From Chrysomallon squamiferum (lineage: Eukaryota; Animalia; Mollusca), in assembly GCA_012295275.1 (NCBI GenBank), contig CM022665.1, positions 31,000,001 to 31,064,000 of the forward strand: a stretch of DNA of 64,000 nt, given 5' to 3'. The number at the start of each line of letters is the position of its first letter. Within the stretch, counting starts at the first letter, position 1. Of this stretch, positions 1 to 14,724 are shown piece by piece. The notes below the pieces were generated by a model. It saw only the letters and a list, made by a program, of their open reading frames with translations, did not search any database and had not been told where the DNA came from. The position numbers and the translations under genes were made by a program.

Positions 1-916
1 ACGGATGGGTAAAGGGAAGGAAGAATAAATGGATGTAACTGCTTTGTTCATCTTGGTCAATTTTTTCAGGTGTAAAGCGCAATGAAGTCAATGAACAAAA
101 CACATTTCAAACTCTAATTAGCCTTTAAAATGTTCTTTCAATGGAAGACACGCTCATGTTTATGTTTGTAATAGGGCTTTTGTGAATTTTACGTTTGTGT
201 TAAATTTTCTATTTGTAATAATGAAAAGCAGCTGGGAGAGAGGTCCTGACATTACACTGTTACTGATTGTTGTGTCAAAACGGGTCCTAGCCTTAATACA
301 AAGGCAACATTTTAAAATGTAACAAGTTAACAAGCTCATTCAGTTGTCCCCCTCGCCTCGCGCGCTTTACTGTCTTTTGATGCCTTTCTTTTGAAAATGG
401 GCTGGCAGCAGATTGGCGCGGATTGGCGCGTGACCCAAGGTCGTTCCGGACAGACTGTGCACGAGGACGCACCGGAGAAATGATTGGATTAGATTAATAC
501 TCGATTAAGAAGGCAATCAACAAACACACTCAGAAACGGAGACACAATTAATTTTGTCATCAGCTGATTTGTTTCATATGATATGATTTGTTTCTTGTTG
601 AGAAACCCATCAAGAATATTCTATTAAGCATCTTAATTCAGATGAGCTCATACCACACTTTCGCAGACGGGAATAATGAATTTTTTGTGACGTTTCTTTA
701 CACCATACTGTGCTTGTAATGCAAACGGAGATTGGTTTCTTCGGCTGTCACTGTCGAAAAATTTACAATCCAAATTAATAACCATTGCGATAGGATGTAT
801 TGAAACAACAAAATTAAAAATTTGTTTTATTTTTTAAATTAGAATTTCTGATTCATTAAAAAAAAAAAAAAAAATAAGTTTAAAAGAAATCCTGAAAAAA
901 TAACATTCATTATTTC

Positions 917-917
<1 letters not shown>

Positions 918-1000
<83 letters not shown>
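918..1000. repeat. (AG)n microsatellite
   Basis: Perfect AG run; source of the SLSLSL pseudo-ORF 839..1051. Confidence 0.97.
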
Positions 1001-1002
<2 letters not shown>

Positions 1003-1849
1003 TTTCAATATAAATAAATTCATTATAATATTTTAAACATTTGTCGACCAAAAATGCGGGGGAAAGGCTGGATTACTGTTCCTAACTACATCCAGATGTG
1101 TCTGACAAAATGACAGAAGGACGAACAAACAGAAAATAGAATCTTTTAATTTAAAAATATTGATAGAACTTTTATCGCTACGAAATAGAAAGTGATAGTG
1201 AAATAATATATGTCCCTCGATGTTTTTTCTCGGGGCGTCAGTTTGTGATCAACTTGGAATAAATATTGACCAGTTACATGTCTTTGATCTTCTCAAAGTG
1301 ATATATCACGGAAACATAGCCAGGGGAAAAGATAAAAACATATAGTTTTCTCTTTTATTGCTAAATAATTTCTGGTGGGTACGATTCTTAATATTTCAGA
1401 AAAGAAAAATGAGAATTCGTTTTTCTAACAGTAGCTGTTCAAAAGATAACTCAAGACTAAAATAAAAAGGGTTATTAAAACTAATGCAAAGCGTATCAGA
1501 CATTTTTGACGTTTAATTGTCTTTGACGAAACCGTAGCTTCAAATTTGTCTTGTTACAGTCAGCTGTGATTTGAAAGTGTTTTACCTAACTAGATACAAA
1601 GGAAAAATCTAACTTCTGTAATAAATAAGAAACTGTAAAAAGATATGAGAGAATGAAAGCAAAAACAAAAAACAAACAAAAAAAAAACATTCCTTTTCGG
1701 GTCATTGTAACAAAAGCTTTTACATGTTATTGTTGTTATCGTTTTCACTTATTAAAACAATATTTAAGAAAAAAAAAATAAATAATAAATAAATAAATAA
1801 ATAATAATAATAAAGAAATTTAATAAGTAAAAAAAAATAATAATATTCA

Positions 1850-1922
1850 GCGGATGTTGGAAAACGAACGCTAGTCGCTCAAGCTAAAAGTCTGATGTTC
1901 TGCCGACTGAGCTATCAAGGAG
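1850..1922 (-). pseudogene. Degenerate tRNA-Lys(UUU)-like sequence (tRNA pseudogene or tRNA-derived SINE head)
   Basis: Minus strand reads ccttGATAGCTCAGTCGGcAGAaCATCAGACTTTTAgctTGAGcGaCtAGcGTTCg, aligning with the metazoan tRNA-Lys(TTT) core GATAGCTCAGTCGGTAGAGCATCAGACTTTTAATCTGAGGGTCCAGGGTTCA. The acceptor stem does not pair, and the anticodon and T stems are damaged. Confidence 0.7.
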
Positions 1923-3080
1923 CTTTTGTGACAAAAATACAAGGATGTTTAATTAATAATATTTTTATGGTTAAAATGATCAGTTTAACATGCATGTATT
2001 TTAATCTGCCTTTTACTGTAATTTAGAAAGTGAACTATCTAGCCAAGTTTAATTTGTGCAAATGAATCATTAAAAAAAAAAAAAAAAAAAATGTAAGATA
2101 CTAAATTGATTTGATGAATTCGTGATAACCATTCCTTTTGATTAAGAACCCTGAAAAAAACAAAACAAAAACAGGAATAACGCCTGAATGTTAGTTTCAA
2201 GCTTTGCTGGACATAAAGTGGAGTCTACAAAGAGAGAAAGAAAAAAAGTCATTTAATTCTGCAAAGGAAAAGCATGCCTCAAAGCTCTATAATCGATAGC
2301 TTTATGATGTCTGAATCTTTGATGCATGCGAGCAGTGGTGTAGACGTATTTTAAACAAACACAAACTGTTCTGGACGTGGCTGCGTCTTTCAATTGCCAT
2401 TGAGTCAGAATCGTCTCAGGTGTGTGCAAACACTCGTCAAGCCATTGGTGCCAGGAAATGAAACCTTTTTTCACACAATCCGATCTTTTGAGACGAACAT
2501 GCCGGACCATGAATTCTACTTATGGTGCCATTTGCTTGGTTGATTTTTCTATCAAATTTCAGCGTTAATTGCGATACAATCCGAATGCTTTTGTCCCCAA
2601 TTAACACCAGACAATGAGCCGTGAATATTAATAAAATATAAACATCTTAATTCACTCCTGCTTGTAATAAAATCTGACTGGCGTGTTGCCGACTGAAGAT
2701 TTCAGCACATGTAAAGACTTGTTCCGTCGCTGTAGTTTTGTGTTTTGCGTACATTAATAATGAACACATTGCGTGGCCACTTTAATTAATTTCTTACTCT
2801 TCAAAGCAGTTAGTAATGCTGAATTATGCATAGCAAAATGATATTAAATGAATTTATAGATCTACTTCATACTGTCGTGCGATCCTAATTACGTAAATGT
2901 ATATGTGTGTGTATGGGTATGTGTTTATATGGGTATAAGTATGTATGTGTTTGTGCATGTGTGTATGTACACATTCAAGTGTTTATAAAAATATGTATAT
3001 ATGAATGTACCGATTAAAGGACGGATGGATGAATATACACATGTATATGTGCATGTACATGTGTTTACACATATACACAA

Positions 3081-3121
<41 letters not shown>

Positions 3122-6100
3122 AACATACACACATTCACACACTCCTGTGTTTGCAGTTTTTCTTAAATCTGTATGTATAATGCATTAAGTTAATATTTTA
3201 TATTTTTAGCAGTCTTGAACAACACGCTCCACTGCTCTGCAGAAGTCAACGTTTACTTGAGCTGTTTTGGAACTAAGTTCATAAATAATGGCGCTTGTAA
3301 CTCTGTACTTATCCACCTTCTTTAGACAGAAATATAAAAAGAGTTATTCTCGGTACGATGTATGAATACCGACTTTGTGTTAATCGTCATTAATAATCGA
3401 CGCGTCTCCCCAAGGAAGTGGCAATAGTTTTCTTTTCTTGTGTGATGCGAAAAAAATTTCCATGCTTGTCTTGAGCTGTTGTAAAGGAAATGAAACACCC
3501 GCTACAAAACAAAAGAAAAAATATCATGCGCCATCTACACCTTCTTTGTAGCGCGTTCGTTAAGGCCATCTAATATGCATAGCGTATCATTTTCTCTGTC
3601 AGTGTACAGTCTCATCTTAATACAATGAACCATCAGCTAATGCAAACGACATTCGAAACTTTTACAGACGCAGCTGAAGTCGAATTATTATCTTCTTTGG
3701 TCTACCCATTCTCAGAATGAAAAGAAATATAAAACTGATTAATACATATTTAATAGGTTACATGCTAGCGAAAGATTGTTTTGTGTGTCGATTCAAATAT
3801 GACGGTTCCGTCTGTCCCCTGTAACCTCTGTCTGCTGTAAGGGTTTGGCCGTCTCCTGGCGAAAGACAACTGATACCTCTTTTAACTTTGCGCTGTGTGA
3901 AGGTTGCCAGTGCAAGGAAATCCAATAACCACCCGGGACCAGTTACTGGATAAAACGGGCTTAGAACAATTTAGTAATTGTCTGTGTTTGAATTTCCATT
4001 CTATCTGAAGCAGGACAGTGTTTGTCTTAGAACAAATAAAAGTGGCTGAATGTTTTCTGTCAGAAACTGCACTGATAAATAATACTGATAAAGTTTGCCC
4101 TTTTTTAATGGAGACTAATATTTGTAAATAGACACGCCTTGATGGATGTCGATCTGGCGTTTGTATACTTTTCTAATGAAATTAAGAAACCGTAACAGGA
4201 TGTTTTAATAGTCTTCAGATATCTTTAAGTGTCGTATGCCGGGTATCGATCGCAAAACACAATAAAACGACTGAAATATATATATCGATTGTTTTAGCAC
4301 CGACGGTTGACATTGAAAATACAAAGACATTAATGTCTTATTATTCTATAATGTCAGCCCGCCTTTATTGCCCAGCGTTAGCTTCAAGTGTTTTGCATAC
4401 AAAGATTTTTCTTTTAAAATGCTTTTACGTGCGTCCGCACTCGAAGACGCTTTCTACCAAACGAAAACACCAAATGGCTGTTTCAGTTCTCCTAGCTATT
4501 AAGTACATTTATTAAGTGATATTTGACTACTGGCCAACATTTAATCTTTCAGTTATTTAAGGGCAATTAGCTGCAGTCTTAGGCCATTGTGGTTGGGAAA
4601 ATTGCTAATGAAATCGAATGTCTTTAGTTCCTTTGGTAATTGAACAGTTCCTAACTAAGTGACTTTGCCGCGGACAGATTAAGATACGGCATCTCCGCAG
4701 ACAAGAGCTTTTTCCTTTTAAATAGGATTACGGATCGATAGAGTCTTGAAAGCATGAGGCGATTATCGCCACCAACGATCCGAACACGCTAAGGATCCAT
4801 TTCACCTATTAATACTTAATGCTAAGAATTATTGCCTTTACCTGTAAGGTGATACCATCAAGATTTGTCTTTGGCGTTTCGTGTTGACACGGTTAATGAA
4901 GAAAATCGTATCCAGCACGTATCACGCAGACAGATCAGTGCTGAGTTAAATACATTAGTTCAAATAGTAATCTTGTCAGACTCTGGTGACGACAAAGTCT
5001 TTTACAGCTACTCAGCTTGCCTGAGCTCTGTCTTTAAATAAAGTCTTTGTTCTTATTTCTTGTTCTTGTTATGAGATTATATAGAGGCTGTTGGTATGAT
5101 TTTCATTCTATTATTTTTTTTTATTTTTTTTTAAATCGTTTTTGATTCATTCTAATAACTGTTTTGTGACACTGATGTTATCATTCTACTGCTACTTCTT
5201 CTATTATATCTTTCTTTTTTCTTGCGTAGAGTAAAGCTGTCATGATTAATATATTCAGTTATTTAAAAAATAATACAAAAATTAAAAAACTCTTTAGAAA
5301 CAAGATCTACTGATGTTATGACTGTTTGTTTTCAATGTGTATGTGTGCGTGCGTGTGTGTGTGTGTGAAATATAATTAACCATGTTTCAGATATTTGAAG
5401 TTCTTCTTTTTCTTTTTAAACTAGGTGTACAAATCTTGTATTTTATAATTTAAATAACATTGCTGTAAAACATTTATACACACCCACATATACACACATA
5501 AACACACACACACTCACACACACACACACAGAGACGCACACACACATTTATGTCCGTATCAATAACCGGCCTAATTTATATATTCTGTTTGATATTAAAG
5601 GTTTAAAGACATTATTTTTAATAACAATAAAAATAATAATAATAATTTTCTGAGATAAGCAGGTGCAAACTTTTCACCTTTTACCAACGATTATCTTGTG
5701 TACAAAGAAGATAAAAACAATGTCACATCTTTTTGTTTTTTGATGTCTGGTTTAACAACGTGCACAGACAGACAGACAAAACTATGGCCGATTCATCCCT
5801 ACTGATCAGCCGATAGCCACTTGGTCGTGTCACAAACTCGAAGTGTTTATAGCACTCAGAAATGACAGACTACGGCCTTATCTGACCCCTTCTTCACTGG
5901 ACACTGGTCACGTGTTATTAAGGTAGGGGGGGATCGTGTCCCCGATTGACATTTTATTAAACAGCGGTAGACTTTCTGATGAATTTTTAAATTTTATTTT
6001 TTATATTTATTTATTTAATTATTTATATTATGATTTTAAGTTATTTCCGGATTTTTTTTTTTAATTTGATTTATCACGTCTTATTTAAATATATCATATT

Positions 6101-6367
6101 TTCCTTTACTTCAATTATTTCTTTGTTTATATGCTTATAACATACTGTTATTCAGTTCCTTTTAAAAATATTTATTTGAATTGTATTTTATTTTATTTTA
6201 TGTATCTATGTATCTATTTACTCACTGGCTTAGTTTCATTAAATTCTATCTAATGCTGCAGATCTAATTTTCTTTCTATGTAAAAATTCTGTTCTCCGTT
6301 CTACTTATTCTTTTTTATTAAGACCACATAATACATTTAAAATTTATTTATTTATTTATTTACTTAT

Positions 6368-6369
<2 letters not shown>

Positions 6370-6426
<57 letters not shown>
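6370..6426. repeat. (ATT)n microsatellite
   Basis: Perfect trinucleotide run. Confidence 0.95.
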
Positions 6427-6428
<2 letters not shown>

Positions 6429-8472
6429 TTTTTCTTTTTAAGTCACTTCTTTTAAACTGCGGACTAAATAAGTCTATTAAATTCTTTTCAAACAATTTTG
6501 AAGAGAGAGGGGGAAAAAACCCACAAACAAACCAAATAAAATACAACAAAACAAAACACCAATAACATTTGACTGGTACTTCGAGAAGTGAATCTTCATA
6601 AACGATCGCAATTGTCTTGTTTTGTCGCTTACTGCAAAGACAAATTGTAAAGGATTTAATATCGATGGACATCGGATCACTGGCATGTCTTTGAATGGAG
6701 TACTACTGGACACCGTCTTTATTGACGTGGTCGGCGAAGGCATAAATTATTTCAAGTTCTTGTCTTTGTCGGTTTCTGAGCAAGACAGATCCTCGCCACG
6801 CTCTTGTTCTCTGTGAAGGTAATTACACCTCAACAGGAAAATAAATTACAGTTATTTTAGTTTTTAATCATAAATTCATTCTTCCCAGCTTAGCGTGTTT
6901 GAATGGCGGTTGTCTCTGAACCTTGAACGTACAAATAACTTACAAGATTATTGTTGTTAAACTAGGTATTCGTAAAGAAAACTTTATTAATAAAAAAAAT
7001 ATATATAATAGAAATGAAAAGAAAATCCTATTTTATTTTTTGCGAGTATGGCAGTTAAGAAAAAGCCGCGACTTGTTAAAGAGTGGTAGAACAAAACAGG
7101 GAGAACACATTTTGAAGTTAATAAAGTTCATCTTGTTTTTTCTTTGATGTTTAAAAATCTCAGTTTGACTTCATGTCAGGAACTTTTTTTCTATCAGAAA
7201 TTCTTTTATATTTCTTTTCTGTATTGTTCTTTTAAGATAAATAGTAAACTTATTATTTATGCAAACAGAATTTACTTTTATTTTTTTTTCTTCATTTTCT
7301 TTCATGTTTATTTTGTTTAATTTAGGTTTGTCCTCTTTTTTTTTTTTTTTTAAAAAGCAGTTAAACTATTTGTTTCAAATACTGTTACAAAATATAAATT
7401 ATTTCATATTAAACTGATTTTTTTATGAATCAAAAATGAACATATGTTACTAAAAATGACAGATATAACGATAGTTTGCATGAACTGTTTAATACAGCCA
7501 AAGGTTTCTTTCTGTTCATAAACTGTTATTACAGTCGATACGGATTATAAATTCCACGTGGCGCATTGATATTTTTTGGTTATTTCTGAATTTAGACGTG
7601 CATTTGATTAATTACACCCGCCTATATTAACTGACCAATCTATATTATTTTTTTAAGACAAGTGTTTTGAAACCAACCAGTCACAAACCGTGCTAGTGAT
7701 GTAATAATCAAAAAATGTATAAATTGTGTTGCTTCTGATTTTTAATTAAGACCAACGTCTTCATAAATAATCAGGCAACATTTGAGTCCTTATAAAAATG
7801 TTAAATTGTAATTTCTTTTCAAAGTAGGTAAATGTAATATATTTTAAACGTATCTGACTTATTAACATACTGCTGTCTTCTATTAACATACAAAACAGGT
7901 CAGTGTATGTCACTAACCACTAACAAGAATAATCCCTTAAGAATGAAAGAGACAAAAATAGAAAATATAATATATTCTAGCTCTCTAGCATTCTTTGTCC
8001 GTCCGTCCATGACTCTGTATGTATAGAATGATTTACTAACTGTATATCTAGATAGATATACTAAATTGATAATATATGTGTGTGTACAAACACACACACA
8101 CACACACACACACACTCGGACACACATATACATATATCTGTATCTTACTGCATGGTTCATATCACTGTTACCCTTCTCACCTGCAATGTTGTTAACGTTC
8201 CCGTCTGTCGTCAGTGAGTTTTTTCAAACTACGTCTGTCGGGTCAACCGAGAACCACATACCAAGCAGTTGTCAACATCGCCTTTGTTTTTAGGTCGTCG
8301 GATGGCAAATGCTTGATAATAATATTTCAAGATGGAATGTTTATTTGATTCCGAAAACGTTTGTGCTGTCAAGATGACACAAACTTTTGATACGATTAAT
8401 TATACAGGTCTAATATGAAATAACAATGCCATCTACACGGTCAGTACAATTTAAGCACAACATAAATATTCA

Positions 8473-8477
8473 CACGC

Positions 8478-8540
<63 letters not shown>

Positions 8541-8609
8541 CAAATATGTAAATATGATGATACTGAATAACCAAAGGGTTTATAATTAGATTTAAAAAAA
8601 AAAAAAAAA

Positions 8610-8658
<49 letters not shown>

Positions 8659-8714
8659 TAAAAAAACACATTTAAAGGGAATACAACATTTAATTTTGTT
8701 AAAATTATTAATGC

Positions 8715-8802
<88 letters not shown>

Positions 8803-8826
8803 TCTTTCTTTCTTTCTTTCTTTCTT
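8473..8826. repeat. Compound simple-repeat cluster (AC)n, (AAT)n, (TAT)n, (TTTC)n
   Basis: Directly visible runs. Confidence 0.92.
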
Positions 8827-11268
8827 TATTTCAGTCCTGTTTACTTTTTCTTTGTTCGGAGTATTTTAAAGAGCAAAGAAAAACAATGAAAATGAAAGAG
8901 AAAAGAACGGGGAAAAAAATTATATTTTATTTCTATTGTTATGTCAGTTATTCTTAATAGCGTGCTATTTCTTTCTATTTATTTTTAACTTTTTTTTTTT
9001 TCTTCATAAAGTCACAGTGATCGCCTTGGGCAAGTCATTTATCATCATCAGAGAAACCTCCTTTGATCGATCGAACGATGAAGCCCAAATGCAAACCAGA
9101 TGTTTCGGTCTTATACATTATTAAACTTAGGCACAAAACTCTTCGTGATGTCAGCGTAAGAAAAGACACTGGGGGCTTCTGTCGTAAACCTGTTATGTTT
9201 TCCATGGGGTCACACTCAAAGAATTAATTATTGATATCCTTAACACAACTAGTGCACGCTGTGTGGGTGGGTTCTCTTCGTTTTGTTTTGTTACTAGGTT
9301 CGAATCCCGTCTAAGTACGTATTACTTCATTGTTCAGATGTACTTGAATGATTGTCCCTCCGAGCAATGCAAGCCCAAATATAATTTAATAATTGCTAAA
9401 AGTGTTGCTATCAGTATCGTACTTCAAATATCAGAGTATCTTGAATGTTTAAAGATAGACCGTTCTCGTTGACCACTTAAGGGATGCACTTTAGTCACGT
9501 TTTACGCTGCATATATATATGTATAAAACAGTTGTTACGGTTTCGCTTGCTTGCGATTATGTATAATAACAGAAAAAAAAAAAAAAATTATAAATAGTTA
9601 TATACGTTTTTAATCTATTTTACTTTTAAGTGAGCATACGGTTTCTCAATGGAATTCCACAAAAACAAAACTTGTAGCAGTGGTTGATGCAGTGTATTGC
9701 AGTTGTTGTTGTTTATTTTTTTATTTTTAGTTCTTATTACTTCTACTAATTATTTTACTTAATTTGTTTGTTTACTCAGTTGTTTTGGTTTTGTTATTCA
9801 TATTTAATAATTAATTTATTTTTTCTGTTATGTTTTCTAAGAATTATTATTATTAGCAGTAGTAGTAATAGTAGTTTTTTTTATATTGTTGTTGTTGTTG
9901 TGGTTGTTGTTGATGTTGTTGTTGTTCTATTTCTTCTTCTCCTACTTCTTCGTTTTCTTCTTATTATTCTTCTTCGTCGTATTATTATTATTATTATTAC
10001 TAATGTAATATAAAACTTACAGAAATCTGGATGTCTGTTATCAGTGTTTGCCTGACATTATTTCTAACTGTCAAAGGTTAGACGGCATCCTTTATATAAA
10101 CAACAAACAATAATACGTTACTGTTAAGTCATACTTTCAAGCAGTGATAATAAAAATAACAATACAATGGGTTATTAGGTGGAGAAGCTGAAATAATGAC
10201 GAAGAGTCACAGTCTGGAATACAAAGTGCAAACCAGCGTCATACAAACAACTGCAAAAAGTAAACATATTTCTGAAATCTGCGACTGCGATGACCTCCAC
10301 CTGTCAACGTCATGTCGGCAGAAATATTTTGGGAAGAATTCGTAACGCCGAAGGCTTGGATCACAACCTGAAGCTGGATGTAACCCGCCCTGGTCTCGTT
10401 CCCTCAACACTCATTGTGAAACGGCTTCGCGGTAAACGACATCCAAGCACAAGCTTGAAAATAATGTCAAACGATCAACTTGTGAAAACGAAACATTGTT
10501 GAAAGTTTGAAACTTTTTGTTTCAGCTGTAAAAACATTACGCCAATGTTATGGCATTACTGTTTGACTAGTCATAGATTTTCGAGATGAAGATTTGTTAA
10601 ACAAAAAGTACTCAGACGAAAGATGTTATTAATGCGTAGTTCAAGATATTCATACAACTTCGCATAATAATCGTCCCGTTATGAAATGTGAATTATTCAC
10701 AGAATGTATATCTAGCACGCTATTTGTTTTTCTCACTATTGTCTGATAATTCTTCTCACAGTCTTTTGATCAAAACAGTCTCTATTTTGTATTTATTTAT
10801 AGATTCATCAGAAACTAATAATAACAGATTTAATGTTATTAATATTGGTAATTAGCATTATTTTCCAATTAATAACAAATAAGAGATTTTATTGAAAGTA
10901 TTTCAAAGAATCTGGATTCTGAAGACATCACAGTAATGTATTATCGCACTAACTAAAAACTTGCATAATGATCAAAATCAAGCAAATCTAATATTATTTA
11001 AACTCTTAGAAAATAATACATGAAAGCCTGAAGTAAATAATATTAAAATTAGTAAGTTATAATTTCAATAATAAGTAAACACAATAAAATATTTTATTTA
11101 TTTATAACTTATTTTAATAAGTAGGCGCGGAATTATGAAAGTGTTTTATTTTACAACAGCGGAGATTGCGAAGCTTAAGAATAATTTTCAAGTATCAAAA
11201 TGTAAATGTATAAAAAAAAAAAAAAAAAAAAAAAAAAGCTTGCTGTCTTTATAACATACAAAATAAAA

Positions 11269-11327
11269 TAAAGCAAAGCAAAGCAAAGCAAAGCAAAGCA
11301 AAGCAAAACAAAACAAAATAAAACAAA
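11269..11327. repeat. (AAAGC)n/(AAAAC)n pentanucleotide repeat
   Basis: aaagcaaagcaaagc... grading into aaaac units. Confidence 0.9.
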
Positions 11328-12749
11328 AGGAAATTAAAAAAAAAAAACCCAACGAAAACACATTTATGTTAATTTTATAATTATAGAAAAAAGAAGAAAA
11401 AAATCGAAAAATAAATGACGACTATAATATGATTTGGTTTTTGAAAAAGTAAATAAATATTGGGGAAAAAAATCGAAAATTACGTCTATTTTATTTTATT
11501 ACAATGTAAAGATATTTAAAAAAAAAAAAAAAAAAAAGATAAAAATTGCAAATTATTTACAGAAAAAGTCTTCAAAAAAACGTCAAAGTTAATAAAGTTT
11601 ATTATTAGACTTTAACCAAAGATCGGGGAAAAAATAAAAATAAAAATAAAAATTACGTGATCTTAAACTTATTTTATTTCCTTCGCGTATGTTGGTTGAT
11701 GAAGCTTGCAAAGAGATCCACACAACATTTAATTTGTCAGAATTGTTATAATAATTTTATTACATTTAGTTGGGTTTTTGTTGTTTTTTCACGACACGCT
11801 GAAACATGATTTAACTTTTCTCTACTCTACGGTTCCAAGATAAGAAAATAACATATTTTTGGCGCGTGCACAGGGGCACGTGCAGAATGCAGGGCCAGGT
11901 GCCACTTCGCTTTACAGGTAATTATTGTCTTCAATTTCACCTGAGATCCTCCATTGTGACACCGAGTGACATTATCGCCTTATCTCGGGGGGAGGGCATG
12001 GATAACTAACCCTCCGCCAAGTTTTTAGACTTTTTCTTATTGTTAAATTATATCTCTTTGCCTGCACGCGTCTTTTTGCCGTCCATTGTTCCGCGGGGTG
12101 TATGTGGCGAACGTATGGCAAGGCGAAATTGGAGCCGGCCACCAGAACCTTTGCGTCCACCTTCAAAGCATCTTCTTGTAACCATCACCTGCAATTTAAT
12201 TGAACGTGAATATATCATAGCTAAATGACATGTCACATGGTTTGATGGTCCCGAGTGGCTTTGTCCGCTTCTATTCCGACCAGTAATTATCAGACCTTAT
12301 CTTAAGAGCCGGCATACGTTTTATCTTCTCCTTAATTAATTTTGCTCCAGTGAACCCATCATGTTTTTAACGCTAAAACCAATAAACATTATGGAAAATA
12401 TGTTTGGGTTGGGCATTTTTTAACAAATGCACCACTTTAGCGCCACTTGCACGCTCGTGTCTGTAACGTTAGCCTGAAAAGGAAATCAAACAAAGACTGG
12501 CTTATATTTAAAGTTTTCACACAAGGCTTTTTCAGTACTCGCACCACTGGAAGTTATTACGAGGGATATGCGTTGGTTTTGTAGCATATGGCAAATACTG
12601 AATTTTTTTTTTTCAATCTGAAATGTTATAATCATATCTATATACATATATTTATATACACATACGCACATATATACCTTCATACGTAACACATATCCAT
12701 GTTCAAACCTGTCTACCTAAATACATTCACACATACAAATATGCGAGCA

Positions 12750-12966
12750 TATATACATACATACATACATACACACATACATTAATACATATATACATAC
12801 ACACATACACACGCATATACACCCACACATACATACACAAATTCATACATATATACATACATACACATATACATACACACACACACACGCACACACGCAC
12901 ATACATACATACATACATACATACATACATACATACATACATACATACATACATACATACATACAT
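12750..12966. repeat. (TACA)n/(CA)n compound microsatellite
   Basis: Directly visible; source of the MYVCMYVC pseudo-ORFs. Confidence 0.95.
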
Positions 12967-13140
12967 GCAGACATGCAGACATGCAGCTACGCATACATAT
13001 GTACATACTTACACAGAAACACATATAAAATATTAAGTGCTTTTCTTCACAACATTAACACAGTTTAGCACTCCCTATTATTTTCCACTTTAAAATTCCC
13101 AATTATCCATTCTATTGAGCGACATAAAAAATAAAAAAAT

Positions 13141-13181
<41 letters not shown>

Positions 13182-14047
13182 ACATTACCTTATGTAAGCC
13201 AGACCAGTATATTTTCGTATTTAACTTCTTGGGAGGCCTGAGTGGTGTCATTTTGACTGTGTGGTGTATCAAGTTCAGAGTATAAAACTTTAATTTCTGC
13301 TTTTGAAGGCTAAATCAATTCACAATTGTTTTCTTATTGTAACTGTCTAATCTGATATCGATCTTCTTTTTGCCAGATGTTATCCTTTATGATTTGGTCT
13401 AGTTTTGAAATAAAGTCAATTCATTTGTTTATTATTTTTGTAAAGAGTATGCCCATTCAAAGACCACCCGGTTTCTTTTTAAAATCGACTTTAATAACTT
13501 TGTTATGTTCGTGGTAATATCCAGTTTCTTGCTCAATTACGCAGCATCTTTGAAAATAGAGCTGAAACAGGAGTATATGACGTAGATTCGATAGAGCATA
13601 CAGATAAGAAATACAGAGCAGAAAGAACTGAGCTGAAGAAATATAAAGCAAAAATTGATTTTGTTGTTTATTATATTATTATTATTGTTGTTGTTGTTAT
13701 TCATGCTGTTTCAGTTGTTGTTGTTGTTGTTGTTGTTCTTCTTCTTCTTCTTCTTATTATTATTATTATTATTATTATATTTAATAAACACAGCGTCCAA
13801 ATCAAGATGTAATATTCTTAGAAAGTTAGAAAATTATATTCGTCAGAATTATCAGCTTTTAGCACTGATCTAAATAAATTTAAAAGTTTGACTTACGAAT
13901 ACGTTACTATATACCTGAGCATAATATAATAATTATTATTATTATTAAAACTTATTTTTTATTATAACACCTGAAAGAGAAAACATACTTTTGCAACTCC
14001 ATGTGTTTTCTTACTGCTTAGCACCCATTTATATTTTACTATAGATA

Positions 14048-14089
<42 letters not shown>

Positions 14090-14122
14090 AAAAAAAAAAA
14101 AAAGTCGATTTTAATACTATTA

Positions 14123-14320
14123 CAGTTAGCGAACCATTTATCTGGTAAGTATGGAAATCGGAGGTGGTCCAAATTTTTCGATTTGTCAGATTTCTGGAAA
14201 CAGTCTAAATCTTTACTTAAAATATGAAATGAACAGTGAAAAATAGTATATATTATTATTATTATTATTTTTTTTTTTCATTGTTTATTTCTGTGAGCCG
14301 GATAAATGGTTCGGTACCTG
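14123..14320. mobile_element. MITE, Tc1/mariner-superfamily type (about 198 bp, TA target-site duplication)
   Basis: Left end ta|CAGTTAGCGAACCATTTATCTGG versus reverse complement of right end ta|CAGGTACCGAACCATTTATCCGG: 20/23 identity in the TIR. TA flanks both sides; no coding capacity. Confidence 0.8.
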
Positions 14321-14367
14321 TATTTCTATGATTTAGTTATGACATTATTAAAGAGATCGAGGTTATG

Positions 14368-14724
<357 letters not shown>

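Noticed and set aside
9297-9311. Pol III B-box GGTTCGAATCCC
   Set aside because: No properly spaced A-box or cloverleaf; at most a SINE remnant.
10361-10382. miR-67/307-like start TCACAACCTG
   Set aside because: The remainder diverges and there is no complementary upstream arm.
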